Shown here: one piece after another, positions 8,176-18,950 of the stretch
Position numbering within the stretch: position 1 is the stretch's first letter
Layout of the letters: each line of letters starts with the position of its first letter
Assembly (NCBI GenBank): GCA_043800755.1
Contig: JAZDMQ010000118.1
Span: 1-19,570, forward strand
Direction of reading: 5' to 3'
DNA: 19,570 nt
From: a bacterium
GTDB lineage: Bacteria; Methylomirabilota; Methylomirabilia; CAVQYV01
Notes under the pieces: model-generated
The model's database searches: none
The model's input: only the letters and a program-made list of their open reading frames with translations
Told to the model about the DNA's origin: nothing
Translations under genes and position numbers: made by a program

Positions 8176-8215
8176 AGAAGTTGACAAGAGGCGGCGAAAG
8201 GGGTAAAGAAGAAGG
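8176..8215 (+). repeat. 40-bp direct repeat copy 2, containing putative promoter TTGACA-N17-TAAAGA
   Basis: AGAAGTTGACAAGAGGCGGCGAAAGGGGTAAAGAAGAAGG, 37/40 identical to 7171-7210. Confidence 0.85.
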
Positions 8216-8370
8216 GCGAGGGCCAAAGAGGGGACTTAGGCGGCCCAATTTTTCTGAAAGGGCTCTGTTTCAGCATCTGCAGTAACCTTTTTCCGCCGGT
8301 CGGCAAGAGGTGGGAGAGATGAGGCACCGGATAGATCGCTGGCTCCAAGATCACGGTGCCTTTTGTGTTT
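8216..8370 (+). ncRNA. Putative structured leader / small RNA upstream of cas3, ending in a terminator-like hairpin (copy A)
   Basis: Lies between the promoter at 8181 and the GGCACCG(8323-8329)/CGGTGCC(8354-8360) hairpin + TTTTGTGTTT. Shares GGGCCAAA, TCGGCARGAGG and GGCACCGGNNAGATC...GATCACGGTGCCTTTT with 19330-19489. Confidence 0.55.
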
Positions 8371-8460
8371 ATGGGGCGAGGAAAAGGATGGTTGCTAAGA
8401 AAATAGACCTTACCCCTGACCCGCCCCTACTGACCTGTTGTATTGTCGAACGAGGACTCT

Positions 8461-11055
8461 ATGAATAATTCTGGGCCAATTAATATCTTCTCTTTCTGGG
8501 GTAAAGCGGAAAAGGATGGAACCGCCTTCCATCCGGCGGTCTGCCACATGCTTGATGTAGGGATTGTTGCCGGCGAGTTGCTGAGAGCGTTCCCCCCGCG
8601 TCTTCAGGACCGAATCCTTTCAATCTTCGGTCCGTTGGGGAAGGATGGCCTCGCTTTCTTTGTCTCCCTCCACGATATCGGAAAAATCAGTCCGGGATTT
8701 CAGAAGAAAAGGGAAGACCTTTGCGTCCCTCTGCAGGAAATGAGTTTTGGTCTCCCCAGGTTTTCAGAGAAAAGCCACGGCAAGATCGTTGCCCATCGCC
8801 TGCCTGATATCCTTATCGAAGATCTGACGTGCCCTGGAGAGTCTGCACGTATCCTGTCTACGGTGCTTGCCGCCCATCACGGCATCTTCGTTTCCTCTGA
8901 ACCGGTACGCGACGGTGGGAAAGAATGGGAAGAGGCCAGACGACAGGCTGTGCGCTTTCTCGCCGGAGTTTTCCGGATCGAGACGCTGGAGACGGTTTTC
9001 CTCTCCTCCACCGCAGATGCCCTGATTCTGGCCGGGCTTATAACGGTCGCTGACTGGCTTGGGTCGTCAGAAGGGCATTTCCCATATACGGGCAATACCC
9101 AGGTAGATATATCCTCCTACGTGATCGAGCGGACTGGGCGGGCCAAAGCCCTCATTCGTGAGCTGGGAATGGATTCCGTTTCCCTCATCGAGAAACCGTT
9201 CAAGGATCTCTTTCCTTTTCCGGCTAATGCATGCCAGGAAGCTGTTATGGAAGCTATCTCTCAACTGCGCCATCCCATGTTTTTGATTGTCGAGAGCCCC
9301 ATGGGCTCGGGAAAAACGGAGGCGGCCCAGGCTGCCTTTTCATACCTATCCCCTCATAACAGCCTCCGAGGGATGTATTACGCCCTTCCTACCCAAGCCA
9401 CCGGGAATGCCATGTTCAATAGGATGATCCCATTCCTGAAAAAGCTCGACCTTACTGGCCAAATAGAACTTCATCTCCTCCATGCCAACGCCGATCTCAA
9501 TTCTGACTATGAAGAATTAAAAACAAGAAGCATCAATGATGACGACCCCAAGGGGGAAGGGAATGTGGTCGCCTCCTCGTGGTTCACGGCCAGAAAGAAG
9601 GGTATCCTTGCAAGCTACGCGACGGGGACCATCGATCAGGCGCTTATGGCGGCTCTCAGGGTGCGCCATTTCTTTCTCCGGCTGTTCGGCCTCTCGGGAA
9701 AACTTGTCGTATTGGATGAAGTGCATGCATATGATGCCTATATGACAGAGGAAATTACGCGTCTTATTGGATGGCTTGCTCATTGCGAAACATCAGTCAT
9801 TCTTCTGTCGGCTACGCTCCCGCAGAAACGAAGGCAGCAGTTGCTTCATTCATTCTCACCCGGAGCAGAAATCCCTCCCGATATCGTTTATCCCTGCGTT
9901 ATCGGCGTCGATGGCACGGGCAAGGTCATAGCGAGGAACATTTCTGGTCCTCAATCGCCTCCTGTTACCTTTGCCCCGGTTGTGTGCGAGCAAGAGGACA
10001 AAGCTACGGTCATTGTCCGAATGCTTAAGGAAAAGCTAACCGAAGGTGGCTGTGCTGCGTGCATTCTCAATACGGTATCGGAGGCGCAGAATGTTTATGA
10101 AGCGGTGAAGGCTGATTTCGACGGTACCGACACTATCCTCTTTCATTCACGATTTACACTGAAACGAAGACTAGAAATCGAAGATCAAATTCTTTCACGT
10201 TACAAGAAAGACGGTAGTCGCCCACCAAAGGGGATTGTAATTGCAACCCAGGTGCTTGAGCAGAGCCTCGATCTTGATTTTGACCTCATGGTGAGCGATC
10301 TCTCCCCGATCGATCTTCTGTTCCAGCGGGCAGGCCGTCTCCACCGCCACGACAATCGGCGGCCCCCTCTTCTGAAAGACCGTATTATTTACGTGCTTAT
10401 GCCCGACATTATCGCTGGAAAAACGGAATTCGGAGGGAGTAAGTTTGTCTATTTTCCCGACATCCTGACAAGAACGGCGTATCTCCTGATAGATCGGAAT
10501 ACCTATCAACCGCGGATAGTCAGCATCCCGGATGGTATTTCTCCCTTGATCGAAATGGTATATGGAGGCGAAGACATCCTTGTCTCTGAGCGGTTACAGC
10601 AGGAAATGGAAAAGTGGGACGAGGGGCGGCTGGGAAAGGAATATGCGAGTCGCTATGCCGCACAGCTCGCGGCGGTGCGGGATGCATGGTCATGCATAAA
10701 CGATCCGCAATATCTCGCGGAAATTCCCAACGATAACGACGATGAAAAAAGCATCAGCACGAGGATTGCACGCCCGAACGTGACACTCATACTGGCGGAA
10801 GAAGGTGCGGATTTAACCGTCCAGAATAAGGAAGATGCAAAAAGGCTCTATGCCCACAGCATCTCGACCGATAACGGGCACCTCGTCAGGCATTTCCTTG
10901 AACAGGAGCCACCGCCAGGGTGGAAGGATGCCCCGCTTCTCAGGCATTGCCGCGTTCTTGTGATGAAGGAAGGGCGCGCGAGCGTGGGGAATAGGGTCGT
11001 TCTGTATGACCGTGAAGAGGAAGTAGGGCTTCGAATACTCAAAGAATCGAGGTGA
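8461..11055 (+). CDS. cas3: CRISPR-associated helicase/nuclease Cas3 (HD + SF2 helicase)
   Basis: HP..CHMLDV, LHDIGK.SPGFQ, AHHG, ADWLGS (HD domain); PMGSGKTEAA, ALPTQAT, GTIDQAL, DEVHAYD, LLSATLP, HSRF, ATQVLEQSLDLDFD, QRAGRLHRH. Start taken at ATG 8461 (GAGGA RBS). Confidence 0.97.
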   Translation: MNNSGPINIFSFWGKAEKDGTAFHPAVCHMLDVGIVAGELLRAFPPRLQDRILSIFGPLGKDGLAFFVSLHDIGKISPGFQKKREDLCVPLQEMSFGLPRFSEKSHGKIVAHRLPDILIEDLTCPGESARILSTVLAAHHGIFVSSEPVRDGGKEWEEARRQAVRFLAGVFRIETLETVFLSSTADALILAGLITVADWLGSSEGHFPYTGNTQVDISSYVIERTGRAKALIRELGMDSVSLIEKPFKDLFPFPANACQEAVMEAISQLRHPMFLIVESPMGSGKTEAAQAAFSYLSPHNSLRGMYYALPTQATGNAMFNRMIPFLKKLDLTGQIELHLLHANADLNSDYEELKTRSINDDDPKGEGNVVASSWFTARKKGILASYATGTIDQALMAALRVRHFFLRLFGLSGKLVVLDEVHAYDAYMTEEITRLIGWLAHCETSVILLSATLPQKRRQQLLHSFSPGAEIPPDIVYPCVIGVDGTGKVIARNISGPQSPPVTFAPVVCEQEDKATVIVRMLKEKLTEGGCAACILNTVSEAQNVYEAVKADFDGTDTILFHSRFTLKRRLEIEDQILSRYKKDGSRPPKGIVIATQVLEQSLDLDFDLMVSDLSPIDLLFQRAGRLHRHDNRRPPLLKDRIIYVLMPDIIAGKTEFGGSKFVYFPDILTRTAYLLIDRNTYQPRIVSIPDGISPLIEMVYGGEDILVSERLQQEMEKWDEGRLGKEYASRYAAQLAAVRDAWSCINDPQYLAEIPNDNDDEKSISTRIARPNVTLILAEEGADLTVQNKEDAKRLYAHSISTDNGHLVRHFLEQEPPPGWKDAPLLRHCRVLVMKEGRASVGNRVVLYDREEEVGLRILKESR

Positions 11056-11056
11056 T

Positions 11057-12574
11057 ATGATGGTGGAATTTTCTTTTAATCTTGCGGAGGAGCCGTGGAT
11101 ACCCTGTACAGACTGCGAAGGAGTCGGTCGCCTGCTCAGCCTGCGCGACCTTTTCAGTCAGGCGCATAAGTTGCGTGGCATTAGCCCGCAGAGTCCCCTG
11201 ACCGAAGCTGCCTTCTTTCGTGTGTTGCTGGCTGTGGTCCACCGGGCGGTGAGCGGACCGCGGGATAGGAATGAATGGAAGGAACTATACAAAAGAGCAC
11301 TCTTTGACGACCGAATACCCAAATACCTTGAAAAATGGCGGCACCGCTTCGACCTTTTTTCTCCCGATACGCCGTTCTACCAGACGCCGGGTCTTTTGGT
11401 GATTAACGAAAAGGGAGAACCTGTGCCCCAGAGCATAGCGTCCATCATGCTCGGTACGGCGAGCGGCAACAACAAAACTCTCTTTGACCATACGACTGCC
11501 GACACTCCGGTGAAGCTCTTTCCTTCTGAAGCCGCGATGACTCTCATCACGGCACAGATGTTTTCCCTCGGAGGCCTCAACAAAAAGACGACAAAACCCT
11601 TCGGCTACCAGCAGAGCTTCCTTAACGCCGTGATGGTGAACGGCATCCTTATTCTTCTTACCGGGAAATCGCTGTTCGAGACCCTGTTGCTGAACCTCCT
11701 TGTATACAGCGACGTTGAGCCCATACCGAGCGCCCCAGAGGATTGTCCTGTGTGGGAGCGCTCCGATGTGGGAAGGACATCGGTCACGGAACCGAAAGGA
11801 TACCTGGATTTCCTCACCTGCAAATGCCGACATATCCTTCTCGTGCCACAGGCGACGGGGAAAGAGATCATGGTTGAGCACATCCATATAGCACAGGGAG
11901 AGGCATTCCCCTCGGTTCCCAACCCCGGGTTTCTGAGTAAAAAAAATAAAAAAGGGGACTGGTATCACCCCCAACTCGACGTGGACCGACTCGTTTGGCG
12001 GGACAGCATCGCCCTCTTTTCCTTCGAAGAAGGTGAAGACCGGCGTCCGAAGGCGTTCAGACAGGTGGCGAATATGGGTGACGTTGTCGAGCTGCCCCGC
12101 CGGTATGTCTGCACCTCCATCGCCTTCGCCAACTCAAAGGCCAATCCCCTGACGTGGCGGCGGGAGAGCCTGAATGTACCCCAGTCGCTGCTTTCCGACA
12201 AGGATGTGGTGGCCGCGCTGAGAAAAGGCATGTCCATAGCCGACAACGGTGAAAAAGCCTTGCGCGACGCGGCAAAGAAGTACATGCAGAAGTACTTACC
12301 GGCGAATTCCAAGGATGTTTCAGAAAAGGTTGCGGCATCGGGCGCGGTCCGTATGTATTGGGACCTTATGGAAGGGCACTTCCATCACTTCCTCCGCGAC
12401 CTCGACGATCCGAACAAGGCGCTCGAAATATGGGTAACTTCGACAAAAAACACGGTCCGTGACTCCTTGAAAACATGCATGGGGGGAAGATACTGCGAAT
12501 CCGCTCGCTCTTATAAGGCGTGGTCCGTCGCAGATGGATACCTGAATGCGCTACTTGCGAAACTTGGCGAATGA
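11057..12574 (+). CDS. cas8e: Type I-E Cascade large subunit Cas8e (Cse1/CasA)
   Basis: SFNL.EEPWIP, YL.KW..RFDLF....PFYQ, SGNN.TLFDH, G.SLFETLLLNL, P.WER; position directly after cas3. Confidence 0.93.
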   Translation: MMVEFSFNLAEEPWIPCTDCEGVGRLLSLRDLFSQAHKLRGISPQSPLTEAAFFRVLLAVVHRAVSGPRDRNEWKELYKRALFDDRIPKYLEKWRHRFDLFSPDTPFYQTPGLLVINEKGEPVPQSIASIMLGTASGNNKTLFDHTTADTPVKLFPSEAAMTLITAQMFSLGGLNKKTTKPFGYQQSFLNAVMVNGILILLTGKSLFETLLLNLLVYSDVEPIPSAPEDCPVWERSDVGRTSVTEPKGYLDFLTCKCRHILLVPQATGKEIMVEHIHIAQGEAFPSVPNPGFLSKKNKKGDWYHPQLDVDRLVWRDSIALFSFEEGEDRRPKAFRQVANMGDVVELPRRYVCTSIAFANSKANPLTWRRESLNVPQSLLSDKDVVAALRKGMSIADNGEKALRDAAKKYMQKYLPANSKDVSEKVAASGAVRMYWDLMEGHFHHFLRDLDDPNKALEIWVTSTKNTVRDSLKTCMGGRYCESARSYKAWSVADGYLNALLAKLGE

Positions 12575-12589
12575 AGGAGGTGATACACA

Positions 12590-13114
12590 ATGGGAAAGTA
12601 CGATAGCAGTTTCATTGCGAGCCTTGAAAGACTGAGGGATGAGAAGGACAGGGCCGCCCTGGCGCGACTGCGCCGAGGCATCGGAAAAAAGATGGGACAT
12701 TCACCCGAGATGATGCCCTATGTAGTTCCCTATTTGCACGAATCGCCGCGTGATCCAGCGCTTTGTTTCCTGCTGGCCTCGATCTTCGGGATTCATTCTG
12801 AAAAAGCGGGACAAGGCGTTTCCTTTGGTGCTGTCTTCAAAGAGGTATTCAAAAAGAGCGGAGAAAGCGAGAGCGTCGAAAAAAGGTTCAAGTCCATTCT
12901 CTCTGCCAGCTCTGACGATATCGGCGGCCACCTCCGCCACGCGGTTTCGCTGGCGAAAGGCCGCGGCGTTCCGGTGGATTATTACCGGCTCTTTTATGAT
13001 CTGAAACAATGGGAACACCCGGACCGGTTTGTCCAGCTTGGCTGGGCGCGGGATTTCTGGGGAAGGGAAAAACAGCAGTCTGATGAAACACCGATGAGAG
13101 GAGAAAAGGAATGA
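12590..13114 (+). CDS. cse2: Type I-E Cascade small subunit Cas11 (Cse2/CasB)
   Basis: DRAALARLRRG.G, SVEKRF..IL, LRHAVSL, VDY..L..DL..W, WARDFW; AGGAGG RBS. Confidence 0.93.
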   Translation: MGKYDSSFIASLERLRDEKDRAALARLRRGIGKKMGHSPEMMPYVVPYLHESPRDPALCFLLASIFGIHSEKAGQGVSFGAVFKEVFKKSGESESVEKRFKSILSASSDDIGGHLRHAVSLAKGRGVPVDYYRLFYDLKQWEHPDRFVQLGWARDFWGREKQQSDETPMRGEKE

Positions 13115-14295
13115 TCGTAGAATTGCATATCATCCAGAATTTTGCACCGTCCAACCTTAATCGAGATGATGCCAATGCGCCGAAAGACTGCGAGTTCGGT
13201 GGGTACAGGAGGGCCAGGATTTCAAGCCAGTGCATCAAAAGATCGGTGCGGAAGCATCCTGCCTTCGCGAGAGCCATAGAGCAGGCCGGCGGTACAGTGG
13301 GCGTCCGGACGAAACGCATCAAGAGCCGCCTCAAACAAATTTTCACGGATGAATTTAGGAGACCGACTGAAGAGGCAGAGAAAGTATCTGTCGCCGTGAT
13401 TGAGCTCCTGGGCCTTAAGCTGAGCGATACGGAAAAAACGGAATACCTCCTGTACCTTGGAGAAAACGAAGTGGCTGAAATCGCAAAGACTGCGAATGAC
13501 TCCTGGGACATGCTCCTCACGGATGATAGAGAAAAGGCCAAAGAGGAGGGCGAGGAAAAGGGAAAGAAAAAGGGGAAGTCTCCGGTTCCCGAACACCTGG
13601 AAGAGCTGAAGAAAAGCCTTGTCAGCGTTATCTCTAAGAGCCGCAAGGAGGCACGAAGTTATGCCGCGGATGTTGCACTCTTCGGCAGGATGGTTGCCGA
13701 TAACAAGAACATGAGCGTCGACGCCGCTTGCCAGGTCGCCCACGCCATCTCCACTCACAAGGTGGAAATGGAGATGGACTACTTTACTGCCGTCGATGAC
13801 TTGCTTCCGGGAGAAGAGACCGGGTCCGACATGATCGGTGTCGTGGAGTTCAACAGCTCCTGCTTCTACCGCTATTCGCTCATCAATATTGAAAAACTTC
13901 GGGAAAACCTCGGCCTCAACGACGACCTCCTCAAGGCCTCTGTCATCGGCTTCATAGAGGTGTCAATCCAGGCGATCCCCACTGGAAAGCAGAACAGCAT
14001 GGCGGCCCAGAATCCCGCGGGCTTTGCGCGAGTGATCGTGAAGAAAGACGGCGCTCCGTGGTCTCTGGCGAACGCGTTTCAGAAACCCGTATACCCAGGC
14101 AAAGAGACCGACTGTTCCCTCGAAGAGCGCTCCATCGCGGCCTTGAACAGCTATTACGAGAGCCTCAAGAAAATCTACGGAAGGGGCTCCGTCATTTGCG
14201 ACAGTTCTTTCAATCTTTACGACGAGAAGTCTCTGTCATTGGAGCAGATGCTGCGGCAGGTATCCGATGCTCTTCGATCGGGGGTGTCCGCATGA
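13111..14295 (+). CDS. cas7: Type I-E Cas7 (Cse4/CasC)
   Basis: ELHIIQNFAPSNLNRDD...PKDC.FGG.RRARISSQCIKR, DVALFGRM, AACQVAHAISTH, DYFTAVDD, CFYRY, PTGKQNS.A. Confidence 0.96.
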   Translation: MIVELHIIQNFAPSNLNRDDANAPKDCEFGGYRRARISSQCIKRSVRKHPAFARAIEQAGGTVGVRTKRIKSRLKQIFTDEFRRPTEEAEKVSVAVIELLGLKLSDTEKTEYLLYLGENEVAEIAKTANDSWDMLLTDDREKAKEEGEEKGKKKGKSPVPEHLEELKKSLVSVISKSRKEARSYAADVALFGRMVADNKNMSVDAACQVAHAISTHKVEMEMDYFTAVDDLLPGEETGSDMIGVVEFNSSCFYRYSLINIEKLRENLGLNDDLLKASVIGFIEVSIQAIPTGKQNSMAAQNPAGFARVIVKKDGAPWSLANAFQKPVYPGKETDCSLEERSIAALNSYYESLKKIYGRGSVICDSSFNLYDEKSLSLEQMLRQVSDALRSGVSA

Positions 14296-14987
14296 ACGCA
14301 GTGCTTCTCGTGCCGCTTGCAGGCCCTATGCAATCATGGGGAACAAGGAGCCGTTTCCAGGAGCGGGACACAGAGCGTGAACCGAGCAAAAGCGGTGTCA
14401 TCGGGCTGCTCTGTGCGGCGCTTGGCAGAGACAGGGCGGAGCCTCTTGACGATCTGGCTGCCTTGCGGATGGGCGTGCGTGTGGATAGCGACGGTCGTCT
14501 CAGGCGCGACTTTCAGACGGCTCGGGATGTCATCACCGCCGAGGGAAAAGTGGCGAAAGATGCTCAAATCTCACAGCGCCACTACCTCGCGGATGCGGTG
14601 TTTCTCGTCGGCTTGGAAGGAGATAAGAGTATCCTTCTCAATTTGCACATCGCTTTGTCCAAACCGGTGTGGCCGCTTTTTCTCGGCAGGAAATCGTATG
14701 TTCCCTCTATGCCGCTCTACCTGCCTGACGGGCTGCGAGAAAAGACGGATCTGCAAGCAGCTCTCCTATCTTGCCCTTTGCTGTGTGACCTCAGGAAGGA
14801 ACAGAAAGAAATTCGTCTTGTCCTCGAATCATCATCGGCAACGCACGAATCGAGGATGGATATTCCCGTTTCTTTTGCCTTTGGCAAGCGGGAATTCAGG
14901 GAACGGTACATACGGACGGAATTTGTTCCTGTCGATGCTTTTCCGTCAAAGGAGGATAGTGGTGTACCTTTCGCAACTCGTTCTTGA
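14292..14987 (+). CDS. cas5: Type I-E Cas5 (CasD)
   Basis: L.GPMQSWG..SRF..R.T...PSKSGVIGLLCAALG, DFQT, RHYLADA.F, P.WPLFLGRKS. ATG 14292 overlaps the cas7 stop (ATGA). Confidence 0.95.
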   Translation: MNAVLLVPLAGPMQSWGTRSRFQERDTEREPSKSGVIGLLCAALGRDRAEPLDDLAALRMGVRVDSDGRLRRDFQTARDVITAEGKVAKDAQISQRHYLADAVFLVGLEGDKSILLNLHIALSKPVWPLFLGRKSYVPSMPLYLPDGLREKTDLQAALLSCPLLCDLRKEQKEIRLVLESSSATHESRMDIPVSFAFGKREFRERYIRTEFVPVDAFPSKEDSGVPFATRS

Positions 14988-15570
14988 CCTTACTGACAAA
15001 GGGACTATGCGGGTGCTATCAGACGTCTATCGCCTGCATCAGTTCGTCATGTCCGGCCTTTCGGATTATGGGCATGCTTCGCGCATTCTGTTCCGGGTGG
15101 AGCCCGAGGTGAAGGTGGGCCTGGTGAGAATACTCGTCCAGAGTGAAATGAACCCATCATGGCGAAATAAGGAAAACAATGGCAAAGGAATCGTGAGAGT
15201 GCAGACAAAGGAATTCTCCCCTGCATTCCGGGAGGGGGCGCTTTACCGCTTTCGACTCCGCGCAAATCCCGTTGTCACAAGAGATGGCAAGCGGTATGGC
15301 CTGATCAGAGATGACAGTCTGAATGGGTGGCTCAAGAAAAAAGAAGAGAGCGTAGGCGTCTCTTATCGCTCGGTCTTGGCTGTCGATGAGGGGTACGCTA
15401 CCGGGAAAAGAAGGAAGGGAGAAAGAAGTGATAGCATTAGCATAAAGATGGCCCGTTTTGAGGGTATCCTTGCGGTTACGGACACTGTCAGACTTAGCAA
15501 TGCTCTAACCAATGGTGTCGGCCCCGCAAAAGCCTTCGGCTGCGGGCTCTTGTCACTCGCGAGGGCCTGA
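14962..15570 (+). CDS. cas6e: Type I-E Cas6e (Cse3/CasE) crRNA endoribonuclease
   Basis: GTG start after AGGAGG; MYLSQL.L, Y.LHQ, ILFRVE, FRLRANP, FEGIL.V.D and the GVGPAKAFGCGLLS Gly-rich loop. Confidence 0.95.
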   Translation: MYLSQLVLDLTDKGTMRVLSDVYRLHQFVMSGLSDYGHASRILFRVEPEVKVGLVRILVQSEMNPSWRNKENNGKGIVRVQTKEFSPAFREGALYRFRLRANPVVTRDGKRYGLIRDDSLNGWLKKKEESVGVSYRSVLAVDEGYATGKRRKGERSDSISIKMARFEGILAVTDTVRLSNALTNGVGPAKAFGCGLLSLARA

Positions 15571-15572
15571 TC

Positions 15573-16818
<1,246 letters not shown>

Positions 16819-16841
16819 AATTTCGGGCAGATACAAGAAGG

Positions 16842-18810
16842 GTGTTCCCCACATGCGTGGGGATGAACCGGATGAGAAGGAGGTATGGTCGGGCGAGGTC
16901 AAGTGTTCCCCACATGCGTGGGGATGAACCGCATTGGCTCACGGCTGGGGATGAGGCGGTTCGGTGTTCCCCACATGCGTGGGGATGAACCGACCTGGGG
17001 ATCTGCGATAAGTGCGGGGAGTTAGTGTTCCCCACATGCGTGGGGATGAACCGTCAATGGGTATCGGGATGGACATTATAGACGAGTGTTCCCCACATGC
17101 GTGGGGATGAACCGTTGCGGGAAAATGTTACCGCCGACAATCAACCGTGTTCCCCACATGCGTGGGGATGAACCGTTGTTTTTGGGGGGAGCAGTGAACC
17201 ACACAAAGTGTTCCCCACATGCGTGGGGATGAACCGACACATGCATCGTAGGCATTTCCTTCACCAAGGTGTTCCCCACATGCGTGGGGATGAACCGGGA
17301 GGAGCAGGACAGAACATCGCCATCGACGAGTGTTCCCCACATGCGTGGGGATGAACCGGATCCTTACAACCCGGCGAAGTAGAAAGGACGGTGTTCCCCA
17401 CATGCGTGGGGATGAACCGTGGTACGTTCCTTTCGTGATCACCCCGATCAAGTGTTCCCCACATGCGTGGGGATGAACCGACCCGTGTCGCCACCGCTGG
17501 GGAGGGTTTCTAGTGTTCCCCACATGCGTGGGGATGAACCGGAATTGGATGGACGGCGCACAAGGGGGATTCCGTGTTCCCCACATGCGTGGGGATGAAC
17601 CGGGAGCCGGGGGACCGTGGGAAAACCCTGAAAGGTGTTCCCCACATGCGTGGGGATGAACCGACATTATATCCGACAGGGGTAATCTGTCTCACGTGTT
17701 CCCCACATGCGTGGGGATGAACCGTTTCAATTATCCGATGTGGATACAGGAAAACAGTGTTCCCCACATGCGTGGGGATGAACCGGACCAGTCCCAGCTC
17801 GATATCAACGTAGGCATGTGTTCCCCACATGCGTGGGGATGAACCGTTTTGACGGGCACGTTTGCTTGTGGTCGTTGTGTGTTCCCCACATGCGTGGGGA
17901 TGAACCGGTTAAACAAAAAATGGGCAGTGGGGAAGGCCAGTGTTCCCCACATGCGTCGGGATGAACCGACTCTTGCCCATGTTCGCAGGTTCCATCAAGT
18001 GTGTTCCCCACATGCGTGGGGATGAACCGGAATAAATCTTTTTTAGGGGAGGGTCCGATCCGTGTTCCCCACATGCGTGGGGATGAACCGTTGAGCGCGA
18101 ATGCAGCCGGGGCAGTGACGGGGTGTTCCCCACATGCGTGGGGATGAACCGTAATAAAGATAAGGGGACCCGGGAGATCGTGTGTGTTCCCCACATGCGT
18201 GGGGATGAACCGATCGACAAGGGTTGCTCTTTTGGGCCAGAAACGTGTTCCCCACATGCGTGGGGATGAACCGATGTCAATGCGGCTGACCTGCTGACCG
18301 AGGTCGTGTTCCCCACATGCGTGGGGATGAACCGAACTCGACAAGGAGATCAAGAAGGCCTTGGCCGTGTTCCCCACATGCGTGGGGATGAACCGGTCTC
18401 GGCGTCCGGTTCCTGCGTCATCGGGTTGTGTTCCCCACATGCGTGGGGATGAACCGCAAATCGCACATGACATTGAGCGCCGGGTGATGGTGTTCCCCAC
18501 ATGCGTGGGGATGAACCGAGCTCGATTGGGTCCCCGAGGGCAAGAACTAGGTGTTCCCCACATGCGTGGGGATGAACCGAGCTTGCCGTTCAGCTGGCGG
18601 AAGCCCAGGATGTGTTCCCCACATGCGTGGGGATGAACCGAGAGAGGGTCTTTCCGGAGCGAACGTAACAATGTGTTCCCCACATGCGTGGGGATGAACC
18701 GGAGTAGAACGAATCTTTGAAGAGCTCTATGGGGTGTTCCCCACATGCGTGGGGATGAACCGTTCACACTGGACGAGTACGACCGGGAGAACCTGTGTTC
18801 CCCACATGCG
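16842..18810 (+). CRISPR. Type I-E CRISPR array: 33 repeats (32 full + 1 truncated), 32 spacers
   Basis: 29-nt repeat GTGTTCCCCACATGCGTGGGGATGAACCG at a 61-nt period from 16842. Spacers are 32 nt except one of 33 nt (18457-18489). Repeat 19 (17940) has one substitution; the final repeat (18795) has only 16 nt. Confidence 0.99.
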
Positions 18811-18856
18811 AGGTCATGGGGTCAAGGTCATGGGGTCAATCAAGGTCATGGGGTCA
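18811..18856. repeat. Tandem 14-mer AGGTCATGGGGTCA x3
   Basis: Copies at 18811-18824, 18825-18838 and 18843-18856; the last copy runs into the left inverted repeat. Confidence 0.9.
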
Positions 18857-18950
18857 AATCTTTATTCTTGACAAAATAGAATAGCCGCCTTCCATTATGA
18901 GGTCCAAGATTTCAAATCCCTTATCAAAGTTAAGATTAAAGATTTGACCC
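18851..18950. mobile_element. 100-bp MITE/REP-like element with 22-bp terminal inverted repeats
   Basis: GGGTCAAATCTTTATTCTTGAC (18851-18872) and GTTAAGATTAAAGATTTGACCC (18929-18950) are reverse complements at 20/22 positions; no transposase in the window. Confidence 0.6.

Noticed and set aside
5880..8215. Integron cassette array (short genes separated by related sequences)
   Set aside because: GTTGACA does not fit the GTTRRRY core, there are no paired RYYYAAC attC boxes and no integrase; the repeats fit promoters better.
14058..14961. Long N-terminal extensions of Cas5 (from 14058) and Cas6e (from 14317) suggesting fusions
   Set aside because: They are open alternative frames overlapping cas7 and cas5; family motifs and RBS or stop-start coupling place the starts at 14292 and 14962.
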